Positions 52,461-62,942 of a stretch of 64,000 nucleotides of DNA are shown here, one piece after another (position 1 is the first letter of the stretch; each line of letters begins with the position of its first letter). Source of the stretch: an uncultured Clostridia bacterium (GTDB lineage: Bacteria; Bacillota; Clostridia; TANB77; CAG-508). Location of the stretch: positions 410,063 to 474,062 of the forward strand of contig CAQUUC010000001.1 in the NCBI GenBank assembly GCA_948896235.1, in the 5' to 3' direction. The translations under genes and the position numbers were made by a program. The notes beneath the pieces were generated by a model, which saw only the letters and a program-made list of their open reading frames with translations, made no database searches and was not told where the DNA came from.

Positions 52461-53359
52461 TTTTAATCTATTCTATACTTATTTATTTTTAGTATTAAAT
52501 ATTGCTTTTAAGAAAATATAATATAACTACATTAGCTTAAATAAGTGAATATAAATCTTCAACTGTAAATAAAATAGTTGAATTAAAAAGATTAAGAGAG
52601 AAAACTTATAAAGAAAAGTGCAAGATGATCTATTTGTAGTAGAAACACACACCATCAAGCTGATAGTGTGTGTTTCTGCTTAGATTAAACGTGTAGTTTC
52701 ACGTTTACAGGTTTGCCATAGCTGTACTTCTTTACAGCATCGTAGCTTCTTTCAGAAAAAACAACGAGTTTGTCGTTGTTCTCGACATCTCTCAAAAGAA
52801 ATTCGAAAACAACAAGTTGTTTGTCCGTCAAATAGTCGGGTGTGTAGATTGCATAGTCATTATTACCAAAGTCTGCAATGGCAAGCATTGCAGGACCATC
52901 TTCAGTTTCATAATCTCCACAAACTGAATAGATAAAAACTGACTCTGCTACCTTTCTCCGAAACAACTTGCAAGACCCACATTTTTCCTGAAGCTTTGCA
53001 ATAGCATTGTACTGGATTTCAATTTGCTTTTTGGGTGTTGTTGAAATTAACGCCATGTCTTTTCCTCCATTTCATAAAAGTATTTAGTACTGCCTTTCAT
53101 TGTTATGACCAACCTTTCAAAGTTATTTTAGATTGCTCTAACACAAGTATTATATCACTAAATTATGTGAATTGCAAATTTACATTCTTATAATTGCTCT
53201 AGCCCTTAATTTTTCCATCACATTGCCACTATTCTTTTACAAATTCATAATTATCTGTTGGTAATTTTGCGCCACTTCTTTTTAACAATTCAAATTCACC
53301 TTTTTCAAGAATCAAATTAGTAAGTTAGCAAGTATTTATATATTATTTTTCATTAGCAA
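52461..53359 (-). mobile_element. Remnant genomic islet of about 0.9 kb, bounded by tRNA-Leu and its 3'-half repeat
   Basis: Flanked by the 51-nt direct repeats. It contains one ORF at about 40% GC and short ORF fragments. No integrase remains. Confidence 0.45.
52685..53056 (-). CDS. Hypothetical 123-aa protein with atypically high GC, inside the tRNA-Leu islet
   Basis: An intact ORF. GC is about 38-42% by hand count over two 60-nt lines. It contains an in-frame CGG (52960..52958) read as Arg in the intact frame (KLFRRKV). Confidence 0.4.
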   Translation of the reverse strand: MALISTTPKKQIEIQYNAIAKLQEKCGSCKLFRRKVAESVFIYSVCGDYETEDGPAMLAIADFGNNDYAIYTPDYLTDKQLVVFEFLLRDVENNDKLVVFSERSYDAVKKYSYGKPVNVKLHV

Positions 53360-53442
53360 TGGTGCCCAAGGCGGGACTCGAACCCGCATGGTTTCCCGCA
53401 CGATTTTGAGTCGTGTGCGTCTACCAATTCCGCCACTCGGGC
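53360..53442 (-). tRNA. tRNA-Leu (anticodon CAA), long variable arm, CCA encoded
   Basis: The minus strand reads GCCCGAGUGGCGGAAUUGGUAGACGCACACGACUCAAAAUCGUGCGGGAAACCAUGCGGGUUCGAGUCCCGCCUUGGGCACCA. Confidence 0.9.
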
Positions 53443-53523
53443 AAATACTACTTACATATATTAGCACAAAATAAGGAACAGGTCAATAGCCTATGCTCCT
53501 TATTTTGTAATTGTTCTATAAAT

Positions 53524-55791
53524 TTATTTTTCTGTTAATTCATATTCATATAAGCATATTTCTTTTGTTTTTATTTTAAATTCATTTTCTAATTTACTTA
53601 TTCTAAAGCTTTCTTTGCCTATTTCGTTCATTTTGTATGTTTCTAAATTTAACAAGCCCTTATCGCTAATATCCATTCCTATTGGTAAGGTTTTGTTATA
53701 ATTGTCATAATAAATTATGTTTGAGAAATATACTACTTTAGTATCTTCTTTTAACTTAATTTTATATAATACAATTTTTTTATTATCTTCCGCTTCTTTT
53801 ATTACTTCTTCAAGGTTTAAATTTAAAACTTTAAGTCCTTCTAATTCTTCTTTTCTATCTAATGCAATATAAGCAGGAATAGAAATTAATTTCTTTTGTT
53901 TATTTATTATCCTTTTTACATTATCTAAAACCTTTTTAAGTTTATCTTTATATTCTTCTAAGTTTGTATCTTTGGTAATTTCTAAAATCTTCAGCTTATC
54001 TTTTTTAGTCTCACGATGTTTTTTATCTCCTAAAGTTTTTATTTTAGTATTATCATTAGCCATTTCTCCAAAAATATCAATTTTATCTGTATTAAATAAA
54101 ACCCTATTATTTTCCAGCTCTTCTTTTAGTTGTTTTAAACTATTATCTACTATTTCGTCATTATCAATATTATTTAATACCTTTAAAAGTTCTGTTCCTG
54201 CAATATAAATTGAATCTGTATCATCTTTAGATAAATAACTTCTTTGTATTTTATCTATTAAATCTCCTATTTCTTCCCTATCTTCATCATAACTATATAC
54301 TTTTTCTATTGTTCTTTTATTAACATTTTGAACTATAGAACCTTGGTTTAACATTAATTTTTCATCTTTGTTTGCAAATTTCCAAAACTCAAAAATGCTC
54401 TTTTCGTGTTTATCAATTTCTTCTATGTACAAATTAGCATTTTGAATTTTTATATTCATACTTTGGGTTCTATTTTCTAAAGCATTATAGTCTAATTTTA
54501 GATTTTTTACCTTTTCTAATAATAAATCTAATTCTTTATAAATCTTCACTATATCATCTATTGTATAAAATTCTCTTATAGTAAAGTTTGTATTTGTAAT
54601 CTCTTCTTTGTTTTTTTCTATTTCTTTTACATTGTTATCTTCTTGTTTTTCAGTATCTTCTTTCTTCTTTTTCTTTAGTTTAAAGAAATATTTTACTCTT
54701 CCAAAAAAAGTTTTTCTACATTCTAAATATGTTGCTATTTGTCTTTCTTTTGATAAATATTCTTTTTCTTGTTTGACTGATATACTTTTTAACTCTTCTA
54801 TACTAGCATCCAAATCATTCTTTTCTTTTTCTAGTGATGACATTTCTTCCATCGCTTTTTTATAATCTTCTGCAAGTACTGTAAACATATTTTCATATGT
54901 TATTTCTTTGTTTTTTAAAGAAAATCCTAGTTCACCATTTTTATCAATCTTTGCTACAAATTTATAATAATGTGGTAATTCAGTTGATAGTATAAACATT
55001 GCCTTTAAAAATTTATAAAACTTAAGTGCTTGTTCTTTACTTTCTAATTTGTTTTTATATACACTTATTAAATCTTCATAAACTACTGTATCTCCAGTAA
55101 TTTGTAAAGACATATTCCCTTGAATATCATATACTTCATAAATATTTGGCCATTCTTTTGTAAAAAACCATATATATTTTTCTAAATCTTGTATTTCCGA
55201 GTTTTTAAGAAAGTCGCTTGAATAGTTTTCATATACAATTGGAACAAATATCATTTGTTCTTTTTTTGTTTTATGATATTCTATTTGCTTTTTTAATAAA
55301 TAAAAGAAACTCGCATATTCCAAATCCTCTGTTGGAACAAGCATAAAATAAATATCATTCACATCAGAATAGTAAATTTGCCATAAATAGTTTTCTTCAA
55401 ATTTAACTTTAAATGGTATATTTTTATTTAATCTTACTTGTTCTTTTGCAAGCTTTTCTATCTCTTCTATTTTTGTCTCTTTTAACATTTTTAAAAAGGT
55501 AATAAATTTTTCATTATCCTTTTCGTCTTCTAGTTTTAAATAACTTTTTAAGGTAGAAGCTTCCCCATATTTTTCTTTTATTGTGTTTAACCTATTCTTT
55601 GGTGTTAATAATATCTGTATTTTTGATATTGGAACATATTTATATACTCTATATGTATTTTCGTCATATGCTTTTAAGGGCCTGTAATCAATATTACTAG
55701 AGTTCATAAAAAACTCTGGAACATTTTCTAAATCAAGCCCTATATATTTTAATTTTTTAGTTATTTCATCATCATTAGTAACTTTTGGCAT
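53524..55791 (-). CDS. Large cytoplasmic protein of unknown function: N-terminal globular region of about 330 aa, then a long coiled-coil, Lys/Glu-rich region
   Basis: 755 aa with no TM helix or signal peptide and no motif recognised. It lies immediately downstream of rnr on the same strand. Confidence 0.5.
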   Translation of the reverse strand: MPKVTNDDEITKKLKYIGLDLENVPEFFMNSSNIDYRPLKAYDENTYRVYKYVPISKIQILLTPKNRLNTIKEKYGEASTLKSYLKLEDEKDNEKFITFLKMLKETKIEEIEKLAKEQVRLNKNIPFKVKFEENYLWQIYYSDVNDIYFMLVPTEDLEYASFFYLLKKQIEYHKTKKEQMIFVPIVYENYSSDFLKNSEIQDLEKYIWFFTKEWPNIYEVYDIQGNMSLQITGDTVVYEDLISVYKNKLESKEQALKFYKFLKAMFILSTELPHYYKFVAKIDKNGELGFSLKNKEITYENMFTVLAEDYKKAMEEMSSLEKEKNDLDASIEELKSISVKQEKEYLSKERQIATYLECRKTFFGRVKYFFKLKKKKKEDTEKQEDNNVKEIEKNKEEITNTNFTIREFYTIDDIVKIYKELDLLLEKVKNLKLDYNALENRTQSMNIKIQNANLYIEEIDKHEKSIFEFWKFANKDEKLMLNQGSIVQNVNKRTIEKVYSYDEDREEIGDLIDKIQRSYLSKDDTDSIYIAGTELLKVLNNIDNDEIVDNSLKQLKEELENNRVLFNTDKIDIFGEMANDNTKIKTLGDKKHRETKKDKLKILEITKDTNLEEYKDKLKKVLDNVKRIINKQKKLISIPAYIALDRKEELEGLKVLNLNLEEVIKEAEDNKKIVLYKIKLKEDTKVVYFSNIIYYDNYNKTLPIGMDISDKGLLNLETYKMNEIGKESFRISKLENEFKIKTKEICLYEYELTEK

Positions 55792-55842
55792 TTATATCCT
55801 CCAAAATTTTTTTCTTTCGATAGTATATCATAAAAATTTTTT

Positions 55843-57960
55843 TCATACAATCTCAAAAGCAATTTTTCTTGTCTCTTTATTTGCATCAATAACTCTAATT
55901 TTTAACTTATCACCAAGTTTATATATTTTACCAGTTCTTTCTCCTATCAATATTTTTCTTTCATCGTCATAATTAAAATATTCATTTTCTCCTAAATTTT
56001 CAAACCTAACTAATCCTTCAATTGTATTTTCTAACTCTACAAATATTCCAAAATTAGTTACACTACTAACAATTCCATCATATTCTTCCCCAATTTTATC
56101 CATCATAAATTCTGCTTTTTTAAGATCCACACTATCTCTTTCAACTTTCTTAGCTATTTTTTCTCTTTCAGAAGATTTGTCTGCTACAATCTCTGCAATT
56201 TTTTGATATTCTCCTTTAGCTTTCTCTTTTAAATTATATCCATTTTCTAGATACATTGAAATAATTCTGTGTATAAATAAATCTGGATATCTTCTAATTG
56301 GTGATGTAAAATGGCAATAAAATTTACTAGATATTCCAAAATGTCCTTTGTTTTCACTTTCGTATTTCGCTATTTTTAAAGTCCTTAATATTAAAGTGGA
56401 AACTACCATTTCTTCTGGTTTTCCCTTTATTTCTTCTAAAACCTTTGCAAACTCTTTAGGATGAACATTATCTTTACTACCTTTTATTTTGTAGCCAAAG
56501 TTATATAAAAATTTATTTAGTTCTGCTATTTTCTCTATTTCTGGAATTTCGTGTACTCTATAGACAAATGGTGCTTCTAACCAATAAAACTTTTCTGCAA
56601 TGGTTTCATTTGCAGTAAGCATAAATTGTTCAATAATTGTATTTGCAAAAGTTAACTCGTATTTTCCAACTGAAATTGCTTTTCCTTGTTCATCTAAGAC
56701 TATTTTACTTTCAGGTATATCTAAATCTAAACTTCCAGCAATTTGTCTTCTTTTTTCTAATATTTTTGCAAGTTCTTCCATTAACTTAAAGTTATCAATA
56801 TATTTTTCATATTTCTTACATATTGCTTTATCAGAATTTTCTAATATTTTATTTACATCGGTATAACTCATTCTTTCTTTAACATTAATAACTGCTTTAA
56901 AAATATTTGAATCTATAACTTTTCCATTTGGATCTATTTCCATTTCAATAGATAATGTAAATCTATCTTTTCCTGCATTTAAGCTACAAATTCCATTTGA
57001 TAAACGTTTTGGTAACATTGGAATAACTCTATCTAACATATATATACTGGTTCCTCTTAATAAGGCTTCTTTATCTAGTTTAGAATTTTCTTTTACATAG
57101 TAACTAACATCTGCAATATATACACCTAGCTTATAGTTTCCATTTTCTAACTTTTCAACTAATACTGCATCATCTAAATCTTTTGCATCTTCTCCATCAA
57201 TTGTAAAAATATCTTTATCTCTTAAATCTACTCTATTTGGAATATCTTTCTTTTCTATTTCTTCTCTAATTTCATTTGCTTCCTCTAATACAAACTCTGG
57301 AAATTCATAGGGTAAGTTATATTCTTTTATTAAGCATAGCATATCTACTCCTGCTTGATTTATATTACCTATAACTTCTATAATTTCACCTTCTGCATTT
57401 TTTCCTCTTTCTGGATATTTAGTTATTTTTACAACAACTTTTTCATTATCTTTTGCTCCTTTAAATTTCTTTTTAGAAACAAATATATCTGTTCCTATTT
57501 TTTTATCATCAGGAATAACAAATCCAAAATTTCTACTATTTTTAAATGTTCCAACAACTCTATCAATACCACGTTTTAATATCTTAATAATCTTTCCTTC
57601 TTTTGTCTTATTATTATTTTCTTCTTCAATAATCTTTACTAAAACTGTATCCCCATTTAATGCATTTTTAGTGTTTTCTACAGATATGTGTATCTCTTCA
57701 TCACTATCTTTAATTTTTACAAATCCAAAGCCTTTTTGATTTGCCAAAAATTCTCCTTCTATATACACTTCGTCCATTAAAATATATTTGTTCTTTCTAT
57801 TCTTTCTAATTTTATAATCCGCTTCTAATTCATCTAAAATGCTCCTTAATTCATCTTGTTCTTCTTTAGGTACCATTAATACTTGTACCATTTCTTTTAG
57901 TTTCATTGGTACATATTCTTTATCCTTTATAAATTCTAATATTTTCTCTTTTCTATCCAT
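55843..57960 (-). CDS. rnr: Ribonuclease R
   Basis: 705 aa. Cold-shock-like N-terminal domains, the RNB domain (TIDGEDAKDLDDAV) and a C-terminal S1 domain. Confidence 0.9.
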   Translation of the reverse strand: MDRKEKILEFIKDKEYVPMKLKEMVQVLMVPKEEQDELRSILDELEADYKIRKNRKNKYILMDEVYIEGEFLANQKGFGFVKIKDSDEEIHISVENTKNALNGDTVLVKIIEEENNNKTKEGKIIKILKRGIDRVVGTFKNSRNFGFVIPDDKKIGTDIFVSKKKFKGAKDNEKVVVKITKYPERGKNAEGEIIEVIGNINQAGVDMLCLIKEYNLPYEFPEFVLEEANEIREEIEKKDIPNRVDLRDKDIFTIDGEDAKDLDDAVLVEKLENGNYKLGVYIADVSYYVKENSKLDKEALLRGTSIYMLDRVIPMLPKRLSNGICSLNAGKDRFTLSIEMEIDPNGKVIDSNIFKAVINVKERMSYTDVNKILENSDKAICKKYEKYIDNFKLMEELAKILEKRRQIAGSLDLDIPESKIVLDEQGKAISVGKYELTFANTIIEQFMLTANETIAEKFYWLEAPFVYRVHEIPEIEKIAELNKFLYNFGYKIKGSKDNVHPKEFAKVLEEIKGKPEEMVVSTLILRTLKIAKYESENKGHFGISSKFYCHFTSPIRRYPDLFIHRIISMYLENGYNLKEKAKGEYQKIAEIVADKSSEREKIAKKVERDSVDLKKAEFMMDKIGEEYDGIVSSVTNFGIFVELENTIEGLVRFENLGENEYFNYDDERKILIGERTGKIYKLGDKLKIRVIDANKETRKIAFEIV

Positions 57961-58100
57961 ACGTTTTCTCCTTCAAAGTAAAGTTTTATATCTTCTATTT
58001 TTCACTGTATATTTTATCCTATTATTATATAAAGCTCCTTTTATATAATAATAGAGGCAACTAAAAAAATATGTTGCCCCTTTTTATTATTTACTTAAAA

Positions 58101-58349
58101 CTAAATTACATACATAATTGATAATACAATTGTTAATATTGCAAAAGCTATTCCCAACATTATCGTCCATCTTTTTAGTTTTCCTTCTCTAGTTCTTCCT
58201 TTATTCTTCTCATAAAAATTATTTGATGATGAACCAGTCATTGCTCCACTCATTCCAGCATCATCTTTAGATTGCATCATAGCAACAATAATTAATGCAA
58301 GGCAAACTATAACATATACAATAATTACAATATATTTTAAAATTTCCAT
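58101..58349 (-). CDS. secG: Preprotein translocase subunit SecG
   Basis: 82 aa, two TM helices, and LIIVAMMQSKDDAGMSGAMTG, which is typical of SecG. Confidence 0.85.
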   Translation of the reverse strand: MEILKYIVIIVYVIVCLALIIVAMMQSKDDAGMSGAMTGSSSNNFYEKNKGRTREGKLKRWTIMLGIAFAILTIVLSIMYVI

Positions 58350-58466
58350 CTATTTATTCCTCCTCTAAAAGCAAAACTTTAAAACTTTTCACTCTTAAGT
58401 TTAATTTCAATATTGATATTTTAGCACAAACTATAATAAATTGCAAATACTTTTAGAAATTTCTTT

Positions 58467-59153
58467 TTATAATATACAAATTATACTATATATTATTATT
58501 TTCAAAATATCTTTCGCAAATATATCTAAATTTACAAGTTTAATTCCCATATTGTTTAATTCATCATATTTAGATACAATTTTATTTACATTTTCTTTTG
58601 AACATATATTATTTTCTTCTAAATATTCTTTAGCAATGTATCTTGCTTTTGTCATTGCATCTGTTTCTAACATACTTCTAATAAAGTACTGTACCATTCC
58701 CATAACTATAAGTATATATAAAAATATTGATGGCTTAGTAATAACATTACATACAGTTAATATTGATACTATTAAAAAATACAACATATAAATATTTGTA
58801 TAGATAAAGTTAAACCATAGCATTCTTTTACTTTGAATGGAATGTATACATTCATGTGCTACAGTTTGTATCCTTGTATAAGAATCTCTTATGTTTGCAA
58901 TTGTAATTGTATTAGTTACTACTACATATAGGCTTGTTTTACTATCCTTATCTTCCTTTATATTTACATTGTTATTTCCTAATTTGTTCAATATATTTTT
59001 ACAAATATCTATATTATCAGGAAAGTCCTTTGTAATACTATCTAATTCTTTATCTTCACCAATTTGTTTTAGTTTTTTTATATTTAGTTCTAAAATAACC
59101 CACAATACCATTAAAAACATTAAACAAATTAAAATTAGAAATATATATTCCAT
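58467..59153 (-). CDS. Membrane protein with an HExxH zinc-metallopeptidase motif
   Basis: 228 aa. An N-terminal TM helix, AHECIHSIQ, and C-terminal TM helices. Confidence 0.5.
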   Translation of the reverse strand: MEYIFLILICLMFLMVLWVILELNIKKLKQIGEDKELDSITKDFPDNIDICKNILNKLGNNNVNIKEDKDSKTSLYVVVTNTITIANIRDSYTRIQTVAHECIHSIQSKRMLWFNFIYTNIYMLYFLIVSILTVCNVITKPSIFLYILIVMGMVQYFIRSMLETDAMTKARYIAKEYLEENNICSKENVNKIVSKYDELNNMGIKLVNLDIFAKDILKIIIYSIICIL

Positions 59154-59184
59154 ATTTATTCTCCTCTTTTGTACTTACCTTATT

Positions 59185-59520
59185 CTATTTAATTAAATCT
59201 TCAACTGCATCGCCTATTATTTTATTAATATCAGTTAATAATACATTAAACTTTAATTCTGCGTCAAAATATTTTTTCATAGTTTCGTCTTGAATTAATT
59301 CAAGATATAACTTTTGCATTTCTATTGTTTTTTCTTCATCTCTTTTACCACTTTGAATTGTCATCAGTTGAACTTCATATCTTGAAGTTTCAAATTTATT
59401 TAACTTTTCTTTCAATTCTTGATTTTCATTAACTTCTTTTTTTAACTTTTTATAGTTTAGATACTCTTCTGAGTTTTTAATTTCATAAGCTAATCTATTA
59501 GCTGTATCATAAATATTCAT
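59185..59520 (-). CDS. YlbF/YmcA-family (UPF0342) regulatory protein
   Basis: 111 aa. MNIYDTANRLAYEIKNSEEYLNYKKLKKEV matches the family's N-terminal pattern. Confidence 0.6.
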   Translation of the reverse strand: MNIYDTANRLAYEIKNSEEYLNYKKLKKEVNENQELKEKLNKFETSRYEVQLMTIQSGKRDEEKTIEMQKLYLELIQDETMKKYFDAELKFNVLLTDINKIIGDAVEDLIK

Positions 59521-59600
59521 ACTATCTCCTCCTAAAAAAATTAAATGGCAGCACCTCCACCACCATCCTTCTTAATTATTAGCTATTTTAAAATAAATTT

Positions 59601-60894
59601 TTAAGCATATGCTTGTCTTTTTTTGAAAGATAACAAGTTTGTAATTTCTGCTTCTGTATTTTTTGCCTTTTTTGCTTTTTTTGCTTTTTCTTGTGCAATT
59701 TGATTTTTCTGGCGTTCTGCCATAGTTTGACATATAGCTTTTTGATATATAAAATGTGTATCTTGTGCAATTTTTGCCCAATTATATTCATTTTTCACTT
59801 TAAGTTTTGCTTTTTTTACTACGCTATCTGCAAGTGCAGGATTATATAATAATTCAAGTATTGAATCTGCAAGTGAATTAGCATTTCCAGCATAGCTCTT
59901 CATGCCATCTACACTGTGCTCAACTATTTCATTTAATCCCCCAATATCTGAAACAACCACTGGTGTACCTGAAAGCATTGCCTCTAATGCAACAATTCCA
60001 AAAGGTTCGTATGTACTTGGAAATACAGATACATCTGCACATTTATACATTTTACAAACTTGCTTTTGATCCATATATCCTGTAAAATACACTTTATTTC
60101 CTAATCCCATAGAGTATACTTGTGATTTTAATTCCTCCATCATTCCACCTTTACCAGCAATAATAAGTTTTGCATCGTGATATCCTGCTAGTATTTTAGG
60201 CATAGCTGAAATTAAATGTTGTACTCCTTTTTCATAAACAAGTCTTCCCATAAATAGAATTATTCTTTCATTATCTAAAGCATATTGTCTTCTAAATTCA
60301 TAATCTTTTTCTACACCATTAAACATATTTATATTTATTCCATTTGGTGCTACATTTATTTTTTCGAATGGTAAGCCAAATAATCTTTGTAGTTCCCTTT
60401 TCATATAGTTACTATTTACTATTACTTCTGTAGATTCATATGTAAGCATCCATTCTGTATCATTTATATATCTTTGTGTTTCATCGTGAATTCCTGAATT
60501 TCTTCCGTGATTCTGTTGCATGTATTGTTGATACTATTGGTATATCATATGAATTCTTTAGTGTTTTTGCAGCATAAGCAACTAACCAATCATGTGCATG
60601 GATTACATCAAATGCACCTTCTTTTGCAATTATTTCACTTGCCTTTGCTACCATATTAAAGTTCATTTGCATAACCCAATCAATAAAATTGTTTGGATTA
60701 ATCATATAATTATCTACTCTATAGACTTTAACCCCTTTATCATCCTCAAAATATGGTGCATTTCCTTCTCTATATGTAACAACTGTAACTTCATGACCAT
60801 CTTTTATTAATCTTTTTGATAAATCGTTAACAACTCTCGCAATTCCGCCAACAATTCTTGGTGGATATTCCCAAGTGAGCATAAGAATTTTCAT
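59601..60894 (-). CDS. GT4-family glycosyltransferase, interrupted by a +1 shift at in-frame CGG 60507..60505
   Basis: Track ORFs 60481..60894 (MKILMLTWEYPPRIVGGIARVV...STIHATESRKKFRNSR) and 59601..60521 are one gene. Skipping C 60507 gives ...STIHATESGRNSGIHDETQRYINDTEWML. The downstream half carries the GT-B C-terminal domain (FPSTYEPFGIVALEAM). Confidence 0.8.
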
Positions 60895-61112
60895 AGGTCA
60901 AAGTTCCCCTTTCTTCTGTGTTATCTTCTGTTTTATCTTTTTGTATTTTATACAACTTTATAACAAAAGTAAATATATTTTTACAAAATAACTCTTATTT
61001 TGTAAAAATGTAATATAACTGTAATATTACCTGTCTTTATTAATTTTTTATGAAAATACACACATATATTAAATTATATGCTATAATGTAAAATAGAGAT
61101 AGTTTTAAGGAG

Positions 61113-61676
61113 TTGAACCTTGTATTTATGCTAGAGATAAAAGAAAATATTCACGAGGATTATACCAATATGCGTGAATTTGAGAATATTATATATGATT
61201 TAGTTACTAATGATACTGTATTAAAAATGAAAAATTATAAACAACATTATGAAACAAGCTGCTTTGAACATTGCAAAATGGTTTCATATTATTGTTATTT
61301 AATATGTAAAAAATATAATTTAGATTACATATCTGCTGCTCGTGCAGGAATGCTACATGATTTATTTTTATATGATTGGAGACTAAGACAAAATGGTAGA
61401 AAAGGTTTACATGCTTTTACTCATCCGAAAACTGCTTTAGAAAATTCTAAAAAATTATTTACTTTAAACGAAAGAGAATGTGATATAATTTTAAAACATA
61501 TGTGGCCTGTTACATTATTTAGTTTTCCTAAATATAAAGAAAGTTTTATTATTACCCTTGTTGATAAATATTGTGCAATACAAGAATCAATTAAGGCATA
61601 TAAATCTAGAAAGAAACTACAAATTGCTTATAGATATGCTTATGTGTTTTTAAGTATGTTTATTTTACTTAGATAA
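61113..61676 (+). CDS. HD-domain phosphohydrolase with a C-terminal hydrophobic segment
   Basis: 187 aa. H...HC and GMLHDLF (HD) motifs. The start codon is uncertain (TTG 61113 versus ATG 61128). Confidence 0.6.
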   Translation: MNLVFMLEIKENIHEDYTNMREFENIIYDLVTNDTVLKMKNYKQHYETSCFEHCKMVSYYCYLICKKYNLDYISAARAGMLHDLFLYDWRLRQNGRKGLHAFTHPKTALENSKKLFTLNERECDIILKHMWPVTLFSFPKYKESFIITLVDKYCAIQESIKAYKSRKKLQIAYRYAYVFLSMFILLR

Positions 61677-61700
61677 TTTATAAGAAATGAGGTATTTATT

Positions 61701-62447
61701 ATGGTAAAAGTTTTAATCAATGGTTGTAATGGTAGAATGGGTCAAGTTTTGGCTAAAGAAATTGATCGTTTTTCTAATTTATTATTAGTTGGAGGTTTTG
61801 ATATCGCTGATAATGGTTCAAACACTTTCCCTGTTTATACTAATATAAATGATATTAAAGAAAAACCTGATGTTATTGTAGATTTTAGTGTTCCTGTTGC
61901 AACTCTTAATATATTAAAATATGCAGTTAATTCAAAAATCTCTATGGTAATTGCTACCACTGGATTTGACTCTGAACAATTAAAAGAAATTGAAGAAGCT
62001 TCAAAAATCATTCCTATTTTTAAATCTTCTAATATGTCTTATGATATTAACTTGATGAAAAAGGTTGTTGCAGAAGTAGCTAAAGCTTTAAAAGGAACTG
62101 ATATAGAAATTGTAGAAACACATCATAATAGAAAAATTGACGCTCCTAGTGGTACTGCTATTACTCTTGCAGACAGTATAAATTCTGCTTTAGGTAATAA
62201 TATGGAATATGTGTTTAATCGTCATGATATACATGAAAAAAGAAAACCAAATGAAATTGGCTTTTCTTCTATTCGTGGTGGTAACATTGTTGGTGAACAT
62301 TCTGTTCAGTTTTATGGTGTTCATGAAACTTTTGAAATAAAACATACTTCTTATTCGAGAGATGTGTTTGCTGAAGGCGCTTTAAAAGCTTGTGAATTTA
62401 TCGCAAATAAAACACCTGGTTTATATGGAATGGATGATATGGTATAA
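61701..62447 (+). CDS. dapB: 4-hydroxy-tetrahydrodipicolinate reductase
   Basis: 248 aa. VLINGCNGRMG, ETHHNRKIDAPSGTA. Confidence 0.9.
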   Translation: MVKVLINGCNGRMGQVLAKEIDRFSNLLLVGGFDIADNGSNTFPVYTNINDIKEKPDVIVDFSVPVATLNILKYAVNSKISMVIATTGFDSEQLKEIEEASKIIPIFKSSNMSYDINLMKKVVAEVAKALKGTDIEIVETHHNRKIDAPSGTAITLADSINSALGNNMEYVFNRHDIHEKRKPNEIGFSSIRGGNIVGEHSVQFYGVHETFEIKHTSYSRDVFAEGALKACEFIANKTPGLYGMDDMV

Positions 62448-62546
62448 AATAAAAATATATTTATGATTTTTATAGTGTTAAATGGATAACTGTTTTTAAA
62501 TAGTTATTCATTTTTTATTTTTAGAAGATATTTATATAATCAATTT

Positions 62547-62942
62547 TTATAATATATTATCTAAACTAAACATCTCTTTTTCATGAATATGATCTAAAAT
62601 ATAAATGCACTTATCTATTGCCTCTATACTTTCTAAGTATTCTTCCACTTCTATATAGCTTTTAGCTGAGGTCAGTGCCGTTTTAACCTTTTCAAGTTCA
62701 TCGTGTTCGATATAATATGCCATTATATCGTCTAACTCTTCCCATTTATCATAAGCTATATTGATATCACTTGTAACTTTAGCCTTATTAGGAGCTTCTT
62801 CTAACGCACTATTTCTCACTGTATTTAATTTTTCTGTGACTGTTTCTACAGTAATATCTGTATTTCTTTGTGTAACATAATTTAAACTAAAAATTAATGC
62901 TACTATTATTATACTTATTATCAATTCTTTATACATAAGCAC
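62547..62942 (-). CDS. DUF4363-like small protein with an N-terminal TM anchor
   Basis: 131 aa. It sits immediately downstream of a DUF421 gene, a pairing common in Firmicutes. The family assignment is from memory. Confidence 0.45.
   Translation of the reverse strand: MLMYKELIISIIIVALIFSLNYVTQRNTDITVETVTEKLNTVRNSALEEAPNKAKVTSDINIAYDKWEELDDIMAYYIEHDELEKVKTALTSAKSYIEVEEYLESIEAIDKCIYILDHIHEKEMFSLDNIL

Noticed and set aside
59572-59791. Lys-rich track ORFs 59572..59781 and 59588..59791.
   Set aside because: They are alternative frames of the A/K-rich 3' end of the GT4 glycosyltransferase gene, so they are translation artefacts of a low-complexity A-rich sequence.
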